From NCBI GenBank assembly GCA_945865665.1, contig CAMBEE010000005.1, forward strand, positions 17,186 through 81,185: a DNA stretch of 64,000 nucleotides, read 5' to 3'. Positions 41,261 to 52,583 of this stretch are shown piece after piece. Each line of letters begins with the position of its first letter. Within the stretch, counting starts at the first letter, position 1. The stretch is from an uncultured Clostridium sp. (GTDB taxonomy: Bacteria > Bacillota > Clostridia > TANB77 > CAG-508). Under the pieces are notes generated by a model. The model saw only the letters and a list, made by a program, of their open reading frames with translations. It was not told where the DNA came from and did not search any database. The position numbers and the translations under genes were made by a program.

Positions 41261-41824
41261 TCAATTTTTTTTATAATCAATACAATATTTTTTATAAAGT
41301 TCCTTTACATTCTTTTTAGTCAAAGCCCTATCTATACCAACTTGGCTAACTTGAGTAAAGAAATCAGTTATCAAATTTTCAACTTGATCATTAACAAGGG
41401 TTTTATCTCTTTCATTGACCCAATATTCTAGTTCATATCCCTTAGTCCACTCTTTACCTTTGTATATCAACCCTGCTGCCAATTTATCACAAAGCATCTC
41501 TGCAACATATTGATATGGAATAATTGGTGTTTTATCTGGTGCACTTAAATCTACCCAGTAATCTGTATGATGCTTGTTTCTTCCTTTATGATGTAACCAA
41601 GCCTTTGAATATCCCTCTGTTTTTTTGCAGTCAGTTATTGGGGAATGTTTTCCATTAAAATATTTTACTCCTTCCCAAAATTCTGTTGGTGAATATTTTG
41701 ATAAATCATGAACTAAGCCTCTCCAAGGTTGTCCTACTTTGCAACATAATTTGAATACTACCCATTTGTGTCTTGTTATTACCATAAAATGCCCTACTAT
41801 ATTTTTTAAGTACATATATTTCAT
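41261..41824 (-). CDS. hypothetical protein with His-rich HD-like motifs (187 aa)
   Basis: HDLSKY..., AWLHHKGRNKHHTDYW. Confidence 0.45.
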   Translation of the reverse strand: MKYMYLKNIVGHFMVITRHKWVVFKLCCKVGQPWRGLVHDLSKYSPTEFWEGVKYFNGKHSPITDCKKTEGYSKAWLHHKGRNKHHTDYWVDLSAPDKTPIIPYQYVAEMLCDKLAAGLIYKGKEWTKGYELEYWVNERDKTLVNDQVENLITDFFTQVSQVGIDRALTKKNVKELYKKYCIDYKKN

Positions 41825-41990
41825 CTCCTCTTACTACGTGTTTAGTTTATCACATATTTTTTTCAAAAGCAACTTTTTGAAAAAATTGCATATACTATTA
41901 AAGATGCTAATAAATATTGTTAAAATTTGCACTTTTTTTAATTGTCATTATATTTTATTGGCTACTTTTATCAAAGTCGGAGGTTTATAT

Positions 41991-43839
41991 ATGTGTGGTT
42001 TTGTTGGTTTTGTTGATTTTAAAAATGATGTTTCTTCTAAGAAAAATATCTTATTAAATATGAATTCCACTCTGGCTAAAAGAGGTCCAGATGAAGATGG
42101 ATATTACATAAACAAAAATGTTGCTTTAGGTCATAAACGTTTAATTGTTATTGACCCTGAACGGTGGAAAGCAACCAATGATAGAAAAGTATTCTTATGG
42201 TGAATATGTTATTGTTTATAATGGTCAAATTTACAATACTAAAGAATTGAAAGAAACTTTGTCTGAAAATGGATTTAATTTTAATGGTCATTGTGATACT
42301 GAAGTTTTATTAAAATCTTATATTCATTATGGAAATGATGTTGTTAATCATCTCAATGGAATTTTTGCTTTTGCTATTTGGAATAGTAGAAAAAAAGAAC
42401 TTTTTATGGCTCGTGACCATTTTGGGGTGAAGCCACTATTTTATACAATGAAAAATGGTAGTCTGATTTTTGGCTCTGAAATTAAGGCTTTATTCGAGTA
42501 TCCAGGAATTGAAAAAGTACTAGATAATCAAGGCATTGGCGAATTATTTGGAATCGGTCCTGCTCATACCCCTGGAACTACAGTTTTTAAGGATATTTAT
42601 GAGCTAAAACCTGCTCATTGTGCTACTTTTAATAGTTATGGTTTGCACATTGAACACTATTGGAAATTAAAATCTGAAAAACATACAGATAGTTTTGGAA
42701 CTACTTGTCAAAAAGTGAAATTTTTGTTGAATGATGCTATTACTAGACAACTTGTTTCTGATGTTCCTTTATGTACATTCCTTTCTGGTGGTCTTGACTC
42801 AAGTATTATTACAAAATTTGCTTCTAATTATTGTAAGGATAATGGATTACCGCCTTTAGATACTTACTCTATCGATTATGTGGATAACGATAAAAATTTT
42901 GTTAAAAGCGATTTTCAACCGAATTCAGATAATTATTACATCAATTTAATGAATAGAGATTTACACACAAATCATCATCCAATTGTTATTGATACTCCTG
43001 AACTTGCAGAATATTTAGAAGATGCTATGATTGCACGTGATATGCCTGGTATGGCAGATATTGATTCTTCTTTATTGCTATTCTGTAAAAATGTAAAAAA
43101 GGAAATGACTGTTTCTCTTACTGGTGAATGTGCCGATGAGATTTTTGGCGGATATCCATGGTTCTTTCGTGAAGATGCTTTAAATAGTGGAACTTTTCCT
43201 TGGTCTATTGCAATTGATGAAAGGCAAAGACTTTTGAATCCATCTATTGGTCAAAAGGTTAATTTAAAAAGTTATATTGATTATAGATATAATGAGAGTT
43301 TGTCTGAAGTTGAGATTTTAGATTCAGATTCTCCTGAAACAGCTGAAAAAAGAAAGATTTCACACCTTACGTTGAATTGGTTTATGCAAACTCTTTTGGA
43401 CCGTTCTGACAGAATGGCTATGTATAATGGTTTTGAGCTTCGTGTTCCATTTTGTGATTATCGTTTGGCTCAATATGTTTGGAATATCCCTTGGGAAATA
43501 AAGGCTTTGAATGGTCGTGAAAAAGGTTTGCTTAGATATATCTGCAAAGATTTCTTGCCTGATGAAATTGTTGATAGAAAAAAATCTCCTTATCCTAAGA
43601 CTCATAATCCTACTTATTTGGCTAAGGTTAAGGGCATGCTTGCCGATATTATGAAGGATAAAAATGCTCCTATTAACAGCCTTCTTAATCGAAATTATAT
43701 TTTAGAGATTTTGAATACTGATGGTTCTGCTTTTTCTCGCCCTTGGTTTGGGCAACTTATGACTGGACCGCAATTGATGGCTTATCTCTGCCAGGTTAAT
43801 ATGTGGCTTGAGAGGTATCAGCCTAAAATTGAATTATAA
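41991..43839 (+). pseudogene. asnB: asparagine synthase (glutamine-hydrolysing), frameshifted near codon 58
   Basis: RBS GGAGG; starts MCGFVGF (Cys2 nucleophile) and reads to ...RLIVID. The conserved NGGKQPM continues in the +2 frame (track ORF 42145-43839). A single extra base near 42166 (gaaCggtgg) explains it. The rest carries the AsnB synthetase domain (SGGLDSS). Confidence 0.7.
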
Positions 43840-43952
43840 TATTCACCTCATAACTAAAATAATTTTCCTATGCATTATAATAGCAAGTAATTATCAATAA
43901 TCACTTGCTAAAAATTTTATTATTCTCTTAAATTTTACAATATAACATTTCT

Positions 43953-44660
43953 TTATTTTTCACTATTTAATATTTCATAATTATCTAAATTTGGTCTTTC
44001 TACATCTTTATCTGTTACTACATCTAATTTTACATTTCTATTGCAATCTAATTTTATTAATCCCATAGCACTATAATCAATTCTTTTCATTATTAAGCCT
44101 GTATCCTTATCAATGTAAAAGATTGTTGGATTTACTTTAGTATTATCTTTATTCCATACTTGAACAAGTATAGTCATTCTTCCATTATACTGCTTTTCAC
44201 CTAAATATTCAAAATTAGTATTAAAAGTTTTTTCATCAGCAATTATTGAATAGTCAAAACCTTTTTGATTATATAAAACTGTTTCATCACCATAATTATA
44301 ATAACTTTTTAAAGATGAAACACCTGCATTTTTTCCCATTATACTAATTACTTCATCTGTATTATAATTTTCCCATCTTAAAATATTACCATTACTTACA
44401 CATTTTATAACACCATCTTTTATATAATATTCTGTTTTAATTTCATTTACTTTTTTAAACAATATATATTCTTCAGAAGAATAATAATAATTTGAACATT
44501 CTTCTCCTTTTTTTAATAATGTAACAACTTCCTCTCTTGTCATTGTATTGTCTTTCTTTAAAATTCCATTAAAGTGTAGAATTGTAAAATAAATTAATGT
44601 AATTAGTAATAATGATAATATTATAATTCCAATAATTTTAAATATTTTTTTCATTTTCAT
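43953..44660 (-). CDS. membrane-anchored hypothetical protein (235 aa)
   Basis: N-terminal TM anchor, extracytoplasmic Tyr/Asn-rich domain. Near-palindrome TTGACTGTCAA in its promoter region. Confidence 0.45.
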   Translation of the reverse strand: MKMKKIFKIIGIIILSLLLITLIYFTILHFNGILKKDNTMTREEVVTLLKKGEECSNYYYSSEEYILFKKVNEIKTEYYIKDGVIKCVSNGNILRWENYNTDEVISIMGKNAGVSSLKSYYNYGDETVLYNQKGFDYSIIADEKTFNTNFEYLGEKQYNGRMTILVQVWNKDNTKVNPTIFYIDKDTGLIMKRIDYSAMGLIKLDCNRNVKLDVVTDKDVERPNLDNYEILNSEK

Positions 44661-44838
44661 ATAAATTCCCCCTTTTCATTTGATTTTGAACTATCATATA
44701 TAATATTTCCATTTTTATCATATATTACAATATATTTCATGATGTTGACTGTCAAGTTTTTAGGCTTAACAGATAACCCAAAATCAAAATAATAAATATA
44801 TAAATACTCATAAAAAAAAGTCGCAATGCGACCTTTTT

Positions 44839-45087
44839 TTAAATTTCTTCCACGCCCTTCAATAAATCATTAATTTTAACATTAAAATATTTAGCAATAC
44901 CCAGCAAAACAGTAACTTTAGGAACAACTAAACCTTTTTCAATATTAAGATATGCTGTTCGACTAATTCCTATTTCTTTAGCAGCCTTAACCTGAGTAAT
45001 AGGAATTAAATGTCCTGTTTTTCTTGCTTTAAGCACATTGTTGCCTATAATCCTTGCTATTTTTTCTTCATTTTTTGATTTACACAT
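44839..45087 (-). CDS. XRE-family helix-turn-helix transcriptional regulator
   Basis: HTH_XRE signature (AAKEIGISRTAYLNIEKG); terminator hairpin GTCGCAATGCGAC follows. Confidence 0.8.
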   Translation of the reverse strand: MCKSKNEEKIARIIGNNVLKARKTGHLIPITQVKAAKEIGISRTAYLNIEKGLVVPKVTVLLGIAKYFNVKINDLLKGVEEI

Positions 45088-45191
45088 ATGCGTCCTCCTA
45101 CAAATGTCTAACTTTTTATAAGTATTCTTTATTTATATTAACATAATATTGTGTTTTTTTCAAGTTTTGCATTCACATATTTTTATATTTG

Positions 45192-48100
45192 TTATTCTTG
45201 TCCACATATCCCATCAAAAATTTTCTTAATCTCATCATTATAATAAATAGCCCCACAAGGTCTAATATCATCGCCAATTTTAACCTGAACATTCATATTA
45301 TTCCTATCACCAGAAAAATACTTAATAGCACATCTCAACTTCTCCTTTTGCTCTTCAGTAAAATCAGTAATATCAAAAGTCACAACCTTTGGTTTTTCTT
45401 CTCCTAAATCTTTAATTTCATTTGCAATTATAGTTGGTTCTTGGTCATCTCTGATACTCAAACGACCATCAATTAAAACAATATTCTCTTCAACTAGACT
45501 TCTTCCCGCTCCTATAACTGCATTTTCAAAAGCAAGTACTTCTGCAGTTCCATACAAATCTTCTATTGTAATAAATGCCATAATTTTATTATTTTTTGTA
45601 TATTTTTTCTTAATTGAAGTAATTATTCCGGCATACTTTACTTTTTGACCATCTACAAATTTAGGCTTACTATTTCTTGCTTGAACATTTGCCATTTCAT
45701 CTCCATTAGCACCATTATCATTATTTGTCAAGTTTTGCTCACTTATTTGGACTAAATCCATACTATTGATATTTGTTGAATGCATAATTTGTTCTCTTAA
45801 TTTTTCAAGTGGGTGTCCTGAAATGTAAATTCCAAGCATTTCTTTTTCCATTGAAAGCAATTCTTTTTCAGGCATTTCTGGATGTTCATTAAATTGATAT
45901 TTTTGTTTTTCCATTTCTTCTTTTTCTTGCTCTGTTCCTATATCAAACATTGATACTTGTCCATTAAAGCCTTTTTTCTTTCCACTTTGAATTGTGTCCA
46001 TTATTGTTTCAAATGAAGCTAATAGTGTTGCTCTTGTTTGTTCAAATTCATCAAATACTCCTGCTTTTATTAAACTTTCTACACATTTTTTATTTACTTG
46101 AGTATCCGCTATTCTTTCACAAAAATCTGTAAAGTTTTTGTATTCTCCATTTTCTTGTCTTTCTGCTACAATATTTTCAACTGGTACTGTGCCTACATTT
46201 TTTATTGCTCCAAGGCCAAAACGAATTTTTCCGACTCCATCAGTTTCTATATCATTTTTGCTGTTGCTTTTTATTTCACTTTCTACATACATAGAATCTT
46301 TCTTTTCTACTTCAACTGTAAATTTTTCAAAACTCTTATTTATATCAGGTTTTAAAATTTGAATTCCAAGTCTTTTGCACTCATCTATATATTGAGGTGC
46401 TTTGTCTAAATTTCCTAAATAACTATTTAAAGTTGCAGCCATAAATTCTGCAGGGTAATATGCTTTTAGATATGCTGTTCTGTATGATACAACTGCATAG
46501 CATGCAGCATGTGATTTGTTAAACGCATATTTTGCAAATTCTGCCATCTCGTCAAATATTTTGTTGGCAGAAGCTTCGTCTATTCCATTTCTTACACATC
46601 CTGGTACAACTACATTTCCATCTTCATCTACTTGTCCATGTATAAATACTTCTCTTTCTTTTGCCATTACATCAAGTTTTTTCTTTCCCATGGCTCTACG
46701 AACTAAGTCCGCTCTTCCTAGTGAATATCCAGCTAAATCTCTAACAATTTGCATAACTTGCTCTTGGTAAACCATACATCCATATGTTACATTTAATATT
46801 GGTTCTAGACTTGGGTGTGTGTATTCATTGTGACCTGGGTTTTGCTTTCCTCTGATATATCTTGGTATTTGATCCATAGGACCAGGTCTATATAATGAAA
46901 CACCTGCTATTAAATCTTCCAAACAGTCTGGTTTCAATTCTTTCATAAAGTTTGTCATTCCTTGTGATTCAAATTGAAATATTCCTGATGTGTTTCCGTC
47001 TTGCCATAATTTATATACTTTTGGGTCTGACATATCATGGTCAAATTCTACATCAATTCCGTGATTTTCTTTAACCATATCTATTGTGTTTTGAATAACT
47101 GTCAAGTTTCTTAATCCCAAAAAGTCCATTTTTAAAAGTCCTAATTCTTCAAGTGTTGTCATTATGTATTGAGTGTTTATTTGTCCATCTCTTACATAAA
47201 GTGGAACATATGTATCTACTGGGTCTTTTGTTATAACAACTCCACATGCGTGTGTTGATGCCTGTCTTGGCATTCCTTCAAGTCCCATTGCTATGTCTAA
47301 TATTTTTTTAGTTGGCTCATCTGTTTCATATCTATCTCTTAATTCTTTGTTTTGCTCTAAGGCTTTTTTTATTGTTATATGAATTTCATTTGGAATCATT
47401 TTTGCCAATGCATCTGCTTCTGCATATGGATAGTCCAAAACTCTTGCAACATCTCTTATTACCATTTTTGCAGCCATTGTTCCAAATGTGATTATTTGTG
47501 ATACATGGTCATGTCCATATTTTCTTGCAACATAATCTATAACTTCTTGTCTTCTTTCATCTGAAAAGTCTACATCAAAATCAGGCATACTGATTCTTTC
47601 TGGGTTCAAAAATCTTTCAAATAGCAATCCATATTTTATTGGATCAATATCTGTTATTTCAATTGCATATGCCAAAATAGAACCTGCACCTGAACCTCTT
47701 CCTGGTCCTACTGGTATTCCATTTGTTTTTGCATAATGTATAAAATCCCATACTATTAAGTAATAATCAACATATCCCATTTTTTTGATTATTCCTAATT
47801 CATATTCTGCTCTTTTTTGTATTTCTTCTGATAAATTTTTTCCATATCTTTTTTCTAGACCTTTATCACATAACTCTTTTAAGAAGTCATAATGTGTTGG
47901 ATATTCTGGTGGTACATCATAATTAGGCAATATTGTGTGTCCAAATTCAAATTCAACATTACATTGCTCTGCTATTTTTACAGTATTTTCAATTGCATCT
48001 GGAAACGCTTTGAAATATTCTGACATTTCTTCTGGTGATTTTACATATAGTTCGTCTGTATCGAATTTCATTCTGTCTTCGTCACTCATTCTTTTTCCAG

Positions 48101-48773
48101 TTTGAATACATAACAAAACTTCGTGATTATATGCATCTTCTCTTTTTAAATAATGTGCGTCATTTGTTGCAACTAATGGAATATCAAGTTTTCTGGCTAA
48201 TTGAACTAATTTTTGATTTGCTAAAACTTGTTCTCTTAATCCATTGTTTTGAATTTCTATGTAATAATCATCACCAAAAACTTTTTTATGCCATAATGCT
48301 ATTTCTTCTGCCTTTTCAGTTTGGTTTGCTAATAAAGCTTGATTTACTTCTCCTGCAAGACATGCACTTAGGCATATTATGCCTTTATGGTATTTCTCTA
48401 ATATTTCTCTATCTATACGAGGTTTATAGTAGTATCCATCAACAAAACTTAATGAAACTAATTTACTTAAATTTTTGTATCCTTCATTATTTTTGGCAAG
48501 TAAAATTAAGTGATAGTAATGGTTGTCTATTCCTGGTTCTTTTTGTAATCTTGAACGTGGTGCAACATATACTTCACATCCTATTATTGGCTTTATCCCT
48601 TCTTTTTTACATGCTTTATAAAAATCAATAGCTCCAAACATTACTCCATGGTCTGTTATTGCTATTGAGTCCATTCCTAATTCTTTTGCTCTTACTGGTA
48701 AGTCTTTTATTCTATTTGCTCCGTCTAATAAACTGAATTCACTGTGTATGTGTAAGTGTACAAATTTTGACAT
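45192..48773 (-). CDS. dnaE: DNA polymerase III alpha subunit (DnaE-type)
   Basis: N-terminal PHP domain (HLHIHSEFSLLDG), polymerase core, OB-fold; 1193 aa. Confidence 0.95.
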   Translation of the reverse strand: MSKFVHLHIHSEFSLLDGANRIKDLPVRAKELGMDSIAITDHGVMFGAIDFYKACKKEGIKPIIGCEVYVAPRSRLQKEPGIDNHYYHLILLAKNNEGYKNLSKLVSLSFVDGYYYKPRIDREILEKYHKGIICLSACLAGEVNQALLANQTEKAEEIALWHKKVFGDDYYIEIQNNGLREQVLANQKLVQLARKLDIPLVATNDAHYLKREDAYNHEVLLCIQTGKRMSDEDRMKFDTDELYVKSPEEMSEYFKAFPDAIENTVKIAEQCNVEFEFGHTILPNYDVPPEYPTHYDFLKELCDKGLEKRYGKNLSEEIQKRAEYELGIIKKMGYVDYYLIVWDFIHYAKTNGIPVGPGRGSGAGSILAYAIEITDIDPIKYGLLFERFLNPERISMPDFDVDFSDERRQEVIDYVARKYGHDHVSQIITFGTMAAKMVIRDVARVLDYPYAEADALAKMIPNEIHITIKKALEQNKELRDRYETDEPTKKILDIAMGLEGMPRQASTHACGVVITKDPVDTYVPLYVRDGQINTQYIMTTLEELGLLKMDFLGLRNLTVIQNTIDMVKENHGIDVEFDHDMSDPKVYKLWQDGNTSGIFQFESQGMTNFMKELKPDCLEDLIAGVSLYRPGPMDQIPRYIRGKQNPGHNEYTHPSLEPILNVTYGCMVYQEQVMQIVRDLAGYSLGRADLVRRAMGKKKLDVMAKEREVFIHGQVDEDGNVVVPGCVRNGIDEASANKIFDEMAEFAKYAFNKSHAACYAVVSYRTAYLKAYYPAEFMAATLNSYLGNLDKAPQYIDECKRLGIQILKPDINKSFEKFTVEVEKKDSMYVESEIKSNSKNDIETDGVGKIRFGLGAIKNVGTVPVENIVAERQENGEYKNFTDFCERIADTQVNKKCVESLIKAGVFDEFEQTRATLLASFETIMDTIQSGKKKGFNGQVSMFDIGTEQEKEEMEKQKYQFNEHPEMPEKELLSMEKEMLGIYISGHPLEKLREQIMHSTNINSMDLVQISEQNLTNNDNGANGDEMANVQARNSKPKFVDGQKVKYAGIITSIKKKYTKNNKIMAFITIEDLYGTAEVLAFENAVIGAGRSLVEENIVLIDGRLSIRDDQEPTIIANEIKDLGEEKPKVVTFDITDFTEEQKEKLRCAIKYFSGDRNNMNVQVKIGDDIRPCGAIYYNDEIKKIFDGICGQE

Positions 48774-48790
48774 TTTTTTCTCTCTTTCTT

Positions 48791-48821
48791 TGTCGCATTG
48801 GGGACAGTTCTGTTTGATACA
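48791..48821 (-). repeat. Family-2 hairpin repeat about 20 nt upstream of the dnaE RBS
   Basis: Coding strand: ATGTATCAAACAGAACTGTCCCCAATGCGAC. Confidence 0.65.
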
Positions 48822-48932
48822 TCAGTTCCCAGAAGGACATTTTTCTGTATTATATTATCTTTTTTTCTTAAAGTCAATGGCAATAAAATTGAAAAGGGTC
48901 CAATATACATTTGTATATTAGACCTTTCTCTT

Positions 48933-49262
48933 TTAGAAATCATCATCAGGGATTATTTCTCCCTCTTTACAATATGCGTCAAGAACTGCCCAAACTACAC
49001 TATGAGTATGTATAATCGGGATACTTCCAACTTTGTCTTCAAGCATATAATAAAGTTGGTTAATTTCTGCTGTACTATCCCAATTTATTTTTATTTCTTT
49101 TGCAACTGGAATAATTTCAGCTAATTGCTTTGACACCATATTATTAGGACTAAATCCTTCTATTAAGCCCTCAAATGTTGCCATAAATTTTTTTCTTTTT
49201 ATTCCCTTCCGGAAAATTTTTCCATCTTTTCTCCACTTTAGAATGATTTCATCTTTTTTCAT
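48933..49262 (-). CDS. hypothetical protein (109 aa)
   Basis: Open ORF with RBS GGAGGA, sitting between ssrA and dnaE. Confidence 0.4.
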   Translation of the reverse strand: MKKDEIILKWRKDGKIFRKGIKRKKFMATFEGLIEGFSPNNMVSKQLAEIIPVAKEIKINWDSTAEINQLYYMLEDKVGSIPIIHTHSVVWAVLDAYCKEGEIIPDDDF

Positions 49263-49405
49263 TTTTTGTCCTCCATGATTTTATTTTTTATTTTCGGAGG
49301 GAAAAAATTTTAGCCCTCCGATATTACGAAAGGCTATCTAAACCTTTTATGTTTATATTATACTATATTTTTTTTTGATTTTCAACTAAATATTTATACA
49401 TTTTT

Positions 49406-49762
49406 TGGTGGAGATGAGGGGAGTCGAACCCCTGTCCATAATACTTTCCAAATAGACCTCTACAAGTTTATTTTATCTTTTATTTTCATCTTTAACTCGC
49501 GGATAAACACGCTAATTAAAAATATAGCTTTATAAAATACCCACTATTTCTAAAGCCAAAATAGCTTTGTTTCCTACTTTAGTTATAACACCCTTACTAA
49601 ATCAGTAGGCTATTTAGTTCAGATGACGTTGCAAACTAGGCAGCGTATGCTAATTCTTCGTTGTTAGCGTTTATTTTTATTTTCTCGTTTTTTAAGTGGC
49701 CAACGAGAATCCACTACTTGCTATCTGTTTTTCTGGTAATATGTCGAAACCTTTACATCCCC
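49406..49762 (-). ncRNA. ssrA: tmRNA (ssrA)
   Basis: 5' end GGGGATGTAAAGGTTTCGAC..., 3' tRNA-like end GGACAGGGGTTCGACTCCCCTCATCTCCACCA. Internal tag frame GCT AAC AAC GAA GAA TTA GCA TAC GCT GCC TAG gives a tag ending LAYAA. Confidence 0.85.
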
Positions 49763-49775
49763 ATATTCCCTTATT

Positions 49776-49804
49776 ATTATACTATATCGAGTTGCATTTC
49801 GCAA
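49776..49804 (-). promoter_or_regulatory. ssrA promoter
   Basis: Minus strand TTGCGA-17-TATAAT, 7 nt before the 5' end. Confidence 0.55.
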
Positions 49805-49842
49805 CATTTTTTTGTAATCTTCATATTATATATAAAATAAAT

Positions 49843-50309
49843 GTTACAATTCACAGCCTTAGAAATCTTTGTGTGTAAGTTGCCACCTTAAGGGTTTTAT
49901 ATTTGATATCATATCTGCTTTATTGAAGTGAAAATTAGAAAATTTTAAATATAAAACTGAGGAATGCTCACGGAAAAAATGTATATATGTATATGATTTG
50001 AAACATTTTCTCGGTTCAATACGCAACATATGAATTTCTAAAATAAATTTATGGCACCCTTTCACTTAGTCCTCGCTTCGCTCGACGTGAACTCTTTCCA
50101 TAAATTTATTTAAGAAATTCTAATATTGCTCCAATCACATTCGAAAAGTTCAAAATCATATACATATATACATTTTTGGCCTGAGTGAGAGCGGCTCAGT
50201 TTTGTATTTTAGATTTTCTTTTTGAACGTAATTAACAGATATGATATCAAATATAAAACACTTAAGGTGGCAACTTACACACAAAAATTCTTTAGCCGTG
50301 AATTGTGAC
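49843..50309. mobile_element. MITE-like element, copy 2 (467 bp, inverted relative to copy 1, 8-bp AAATAAAT target duplication)
   Basis: TIRs GTTACAATTCACAGCCTTAGAAATCTTTGTGTGTAAGTTGCCACCTTAAGGG... and complement. Perfect AAATAAAT direct repeat on both flanks. Interior shares blocks with copy 1 plus a ~150-bp extra GC-richer palindrome. Confidence 0.8.
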
Positions 50310-50339
50310 AAATAAATATATTAAACAGGAGGATTTAAT

Positions 50340-51259
50340 ATGTCAATTGTTCCAACAAATATTAATTATAACTACTCTATATTAAAACAAAATTTAAATA
50401 CTTTAAAATCAACATATTCATTTTTAGATATTACAGTTGTCGGTAAAAGCGTCCTTGGAAAAAATATTTATGTTGTTAGACTTCGGTACTGGCCCAAAAG
50501 AGGTTTTTTATTCTGGTTCAATTCATGCAAATGAGTTTATAACAAGTACTTTACTCATGAAATTTATAGAAGATTATTGTAATGCATATGTTCAAAACGA
50601 AAATCTTTATGGATATTCAATCCATGATTTATTTAGCAATGTCTCTATTTATATAATGCCTATGGTAAATCCTGACGGGGTTGATTTAGTAGCAGGAAAT
50701 ATCTCAAAAAATTCATATGCTTTTATTAATGCTAAAAAAATATCTGAAAATTTTAATGATATTCCTTTCCCTCTCGGCTGGAAAGCTAATATCATTCGGT
50801 ACTGATTTAAATTTACAATTTCCTGCTGAATGGAATAAAGCTAAAGAAATCAAATATTCTCAAGGATTTAATAAACCTGCTCCCAGAGATTTTGTAGGAT
50901 TTGGTCCTTTGACTGAACCTGAAGCATTGTGCATTTATGATTTCACTCTTATGCATAATTTTAGACTTATAATTGCTTTTCATACTCAAGGGCAAGAAAT
51001 CTATTGGAATTTTCAAAATATTAATCCACCATCTGGCTATACTATTGCAAATAAGTTTGCAGAAGTAAGTGGTTATGCTGTAGCCGAAGTCCCTTATAAT
51101 TCAAGTTTTGCTGGTTTTAAAGACTGGTTTATACAAGACTATAATAGACCAGGTTTCACTATTGAAGCTGGTCTTGGAGAAAATCCTTTGCCTCTTGAAC
51201 AATTTGATCAAATCTATATTGGTAATTTAGGTATTTTAATTTTAGGTGCTATTTTATAA
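50340..51259 (+). pseudogene. M14-family metallopeptidase (gamma-D-glutamyl-diamino-acid endopeptidase-like), two frameshifts
   Basis: RBS AGGAGG; frames 50340-50534, 50437-50805 and 50717-51259 join into one M14 protein (SIHANEF zinc site, FHTQGQEIYW, GFTIEAG). One-nucleotide indels near 50495 and 50790. Confidence 0.7.
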
Positions 51260-51362
51260 TTTTTTTATTTTCAACTTCATTTCGACAGACTTTTTAAAAT
51301 CATTGCTCTAAAATATATTTACAACAAACGGTTTTTACATATTTGAAGGGAGGCAAATATCA

Positions 51363-51518
51363 ATGACTAAAGACGAACTCTTAAACAAAGAATTTGCCTC
51401 TGCTTGTGAAGCGATGATTGCATTAAACGCTTTTTTGGAAAGCGTTGATTCATTGCCTTCAGATAGCAGGGCAAATTATCAGAATTTGAGGGCTATTGGC
51501 AACAAAATTTATGAATAG
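51363..51518 (+). CDS. small ORF (51 aa), unknown
   Basis: RBS GGGAGG 8 nt upstream; locally higher GC; followed by bidirectional terminator GGTAGA..TCTACC. Confidence 0.3.
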   Translation: MTKDELLNKEFASACEAMIALNAFLESVDSLPSDSRANYQNLRAIGNKIYE

Positions 51519-51576
51519 CATCCCAAAAAAAGGTAGATTATATTTCTACCTTTTTATATTTTTGCTTATAATTTTA

Positions 51577-52581
51577 TTATCTGCTTTTTTCTATATAATT
51601 CCAACTGTCTTTACACATGTCATCAATATTCTTTTCTGCTACCCAGCCTAATTCTTCTTTCGCTTTAGTTGGGTCAGCATAGCAAGTAGCAATATCTCCA
51701 GGTCTTCTAGGTGCAATTTTGTATGGAACTGCTTTACCTGTTGCTTTTTCAAAGCCTTTAACCATATCAAGTACACTTACTCCATGTCCTGTTCCTAGAT
51801 TATAGATATATAATCCCTTTTGTTCTTTTTCAAGTTTTTCAAGTGCTTTTATATGCCCTTTAGCTAAATCAACAACATGTATGTAATCTCTTACTCCTGT
51901 TCCATCTGGTGTATTATAGTCATTTCCAAATACTGATAATTCTTTTAGTGTTCCCGCTGCAACTCTTGCTACATAAGGCATTAAGTTATTTGGTATTCCT
52001 TTTGGTTCTTCTCCAATTAATCCACTTTCATGTGCTCCAACTGGGTTGAAATATCTTAATATACAGATATCCCATGTGTTATCAGATTTGTAAATATCTT
52101 TTAATATTTGTTCTATAAACAATTTTGTTGTACCATATGGATTTGTTGTTCCACCTGTTGGTGTGTCTTCTGTTATAGGCATTTTTTCTGGTTCACCATA
52201 TACTGTTGCTGATGAACTGAATATAAATTTTTTGCATCCATATTTTCTCATTGTATCTAATAATACTAAAGCTCCTGAAATATTATTTTCATAGTATTCT
52301 ATTGGTTTTTGTACTGATTCTCCTACTGCTTTATATCCAGCAAAATTCATTACTGCTTCTATATTATTTTCTTCAAATACTTTTTCTAATTTTTCTCTGT
52401 CAAGATAATTCATTTCATAAAATTTGAAATCTTTTCCTGTAATTTTCTTTATTGATTCTAATGCTTTTGGCGTACTGTTTGAGAAGTTATCTATTATAAC
52501 TATCTCTCTTCCTTTATTTAATAGTTCTACAGCAGTGTGACTTCCTATAAATCCTGCTCCTCCTGGTAATAATATTGCCAT
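51577..52581 (-). CDS. galE: UDP-glucose 4-epimerase
   Basis: GGAGFIGSH Rossmann motif, YGTTK catalytic motif; 334 aa. Confidence 0.9.
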   Translation of the reverse strand: MAILLPGGAGFIGSHTAVELLNKGREIVIIDNFSNSTPKALESIKKITGKDFKFYEMNYLDREKLEKVFEENNIEAVMNFAGYKAVGESVQKPIEYYENNISGALVLLDTMRKYGCKKFIFSSSATVYGEPEKMPITEDTPTGGTTNPYGTTKLFIEQILKDIYKSDNTWDICILRYFNPVGAHESGLIGEEPKGIPNNLMPYVARVAAGTLKELSVFGNDYNTPDGTGVRDYIHVVDLAKGHIKALEKLEKEQKGLYIYNLGTGHGVSVLDMVKGFEKATGKAVPYKIAPRRPGDIATCYADPTKAKEELGWVAEKNIDDMCKDSWNYIEKSR

Positions 52582-52583
52582 TT

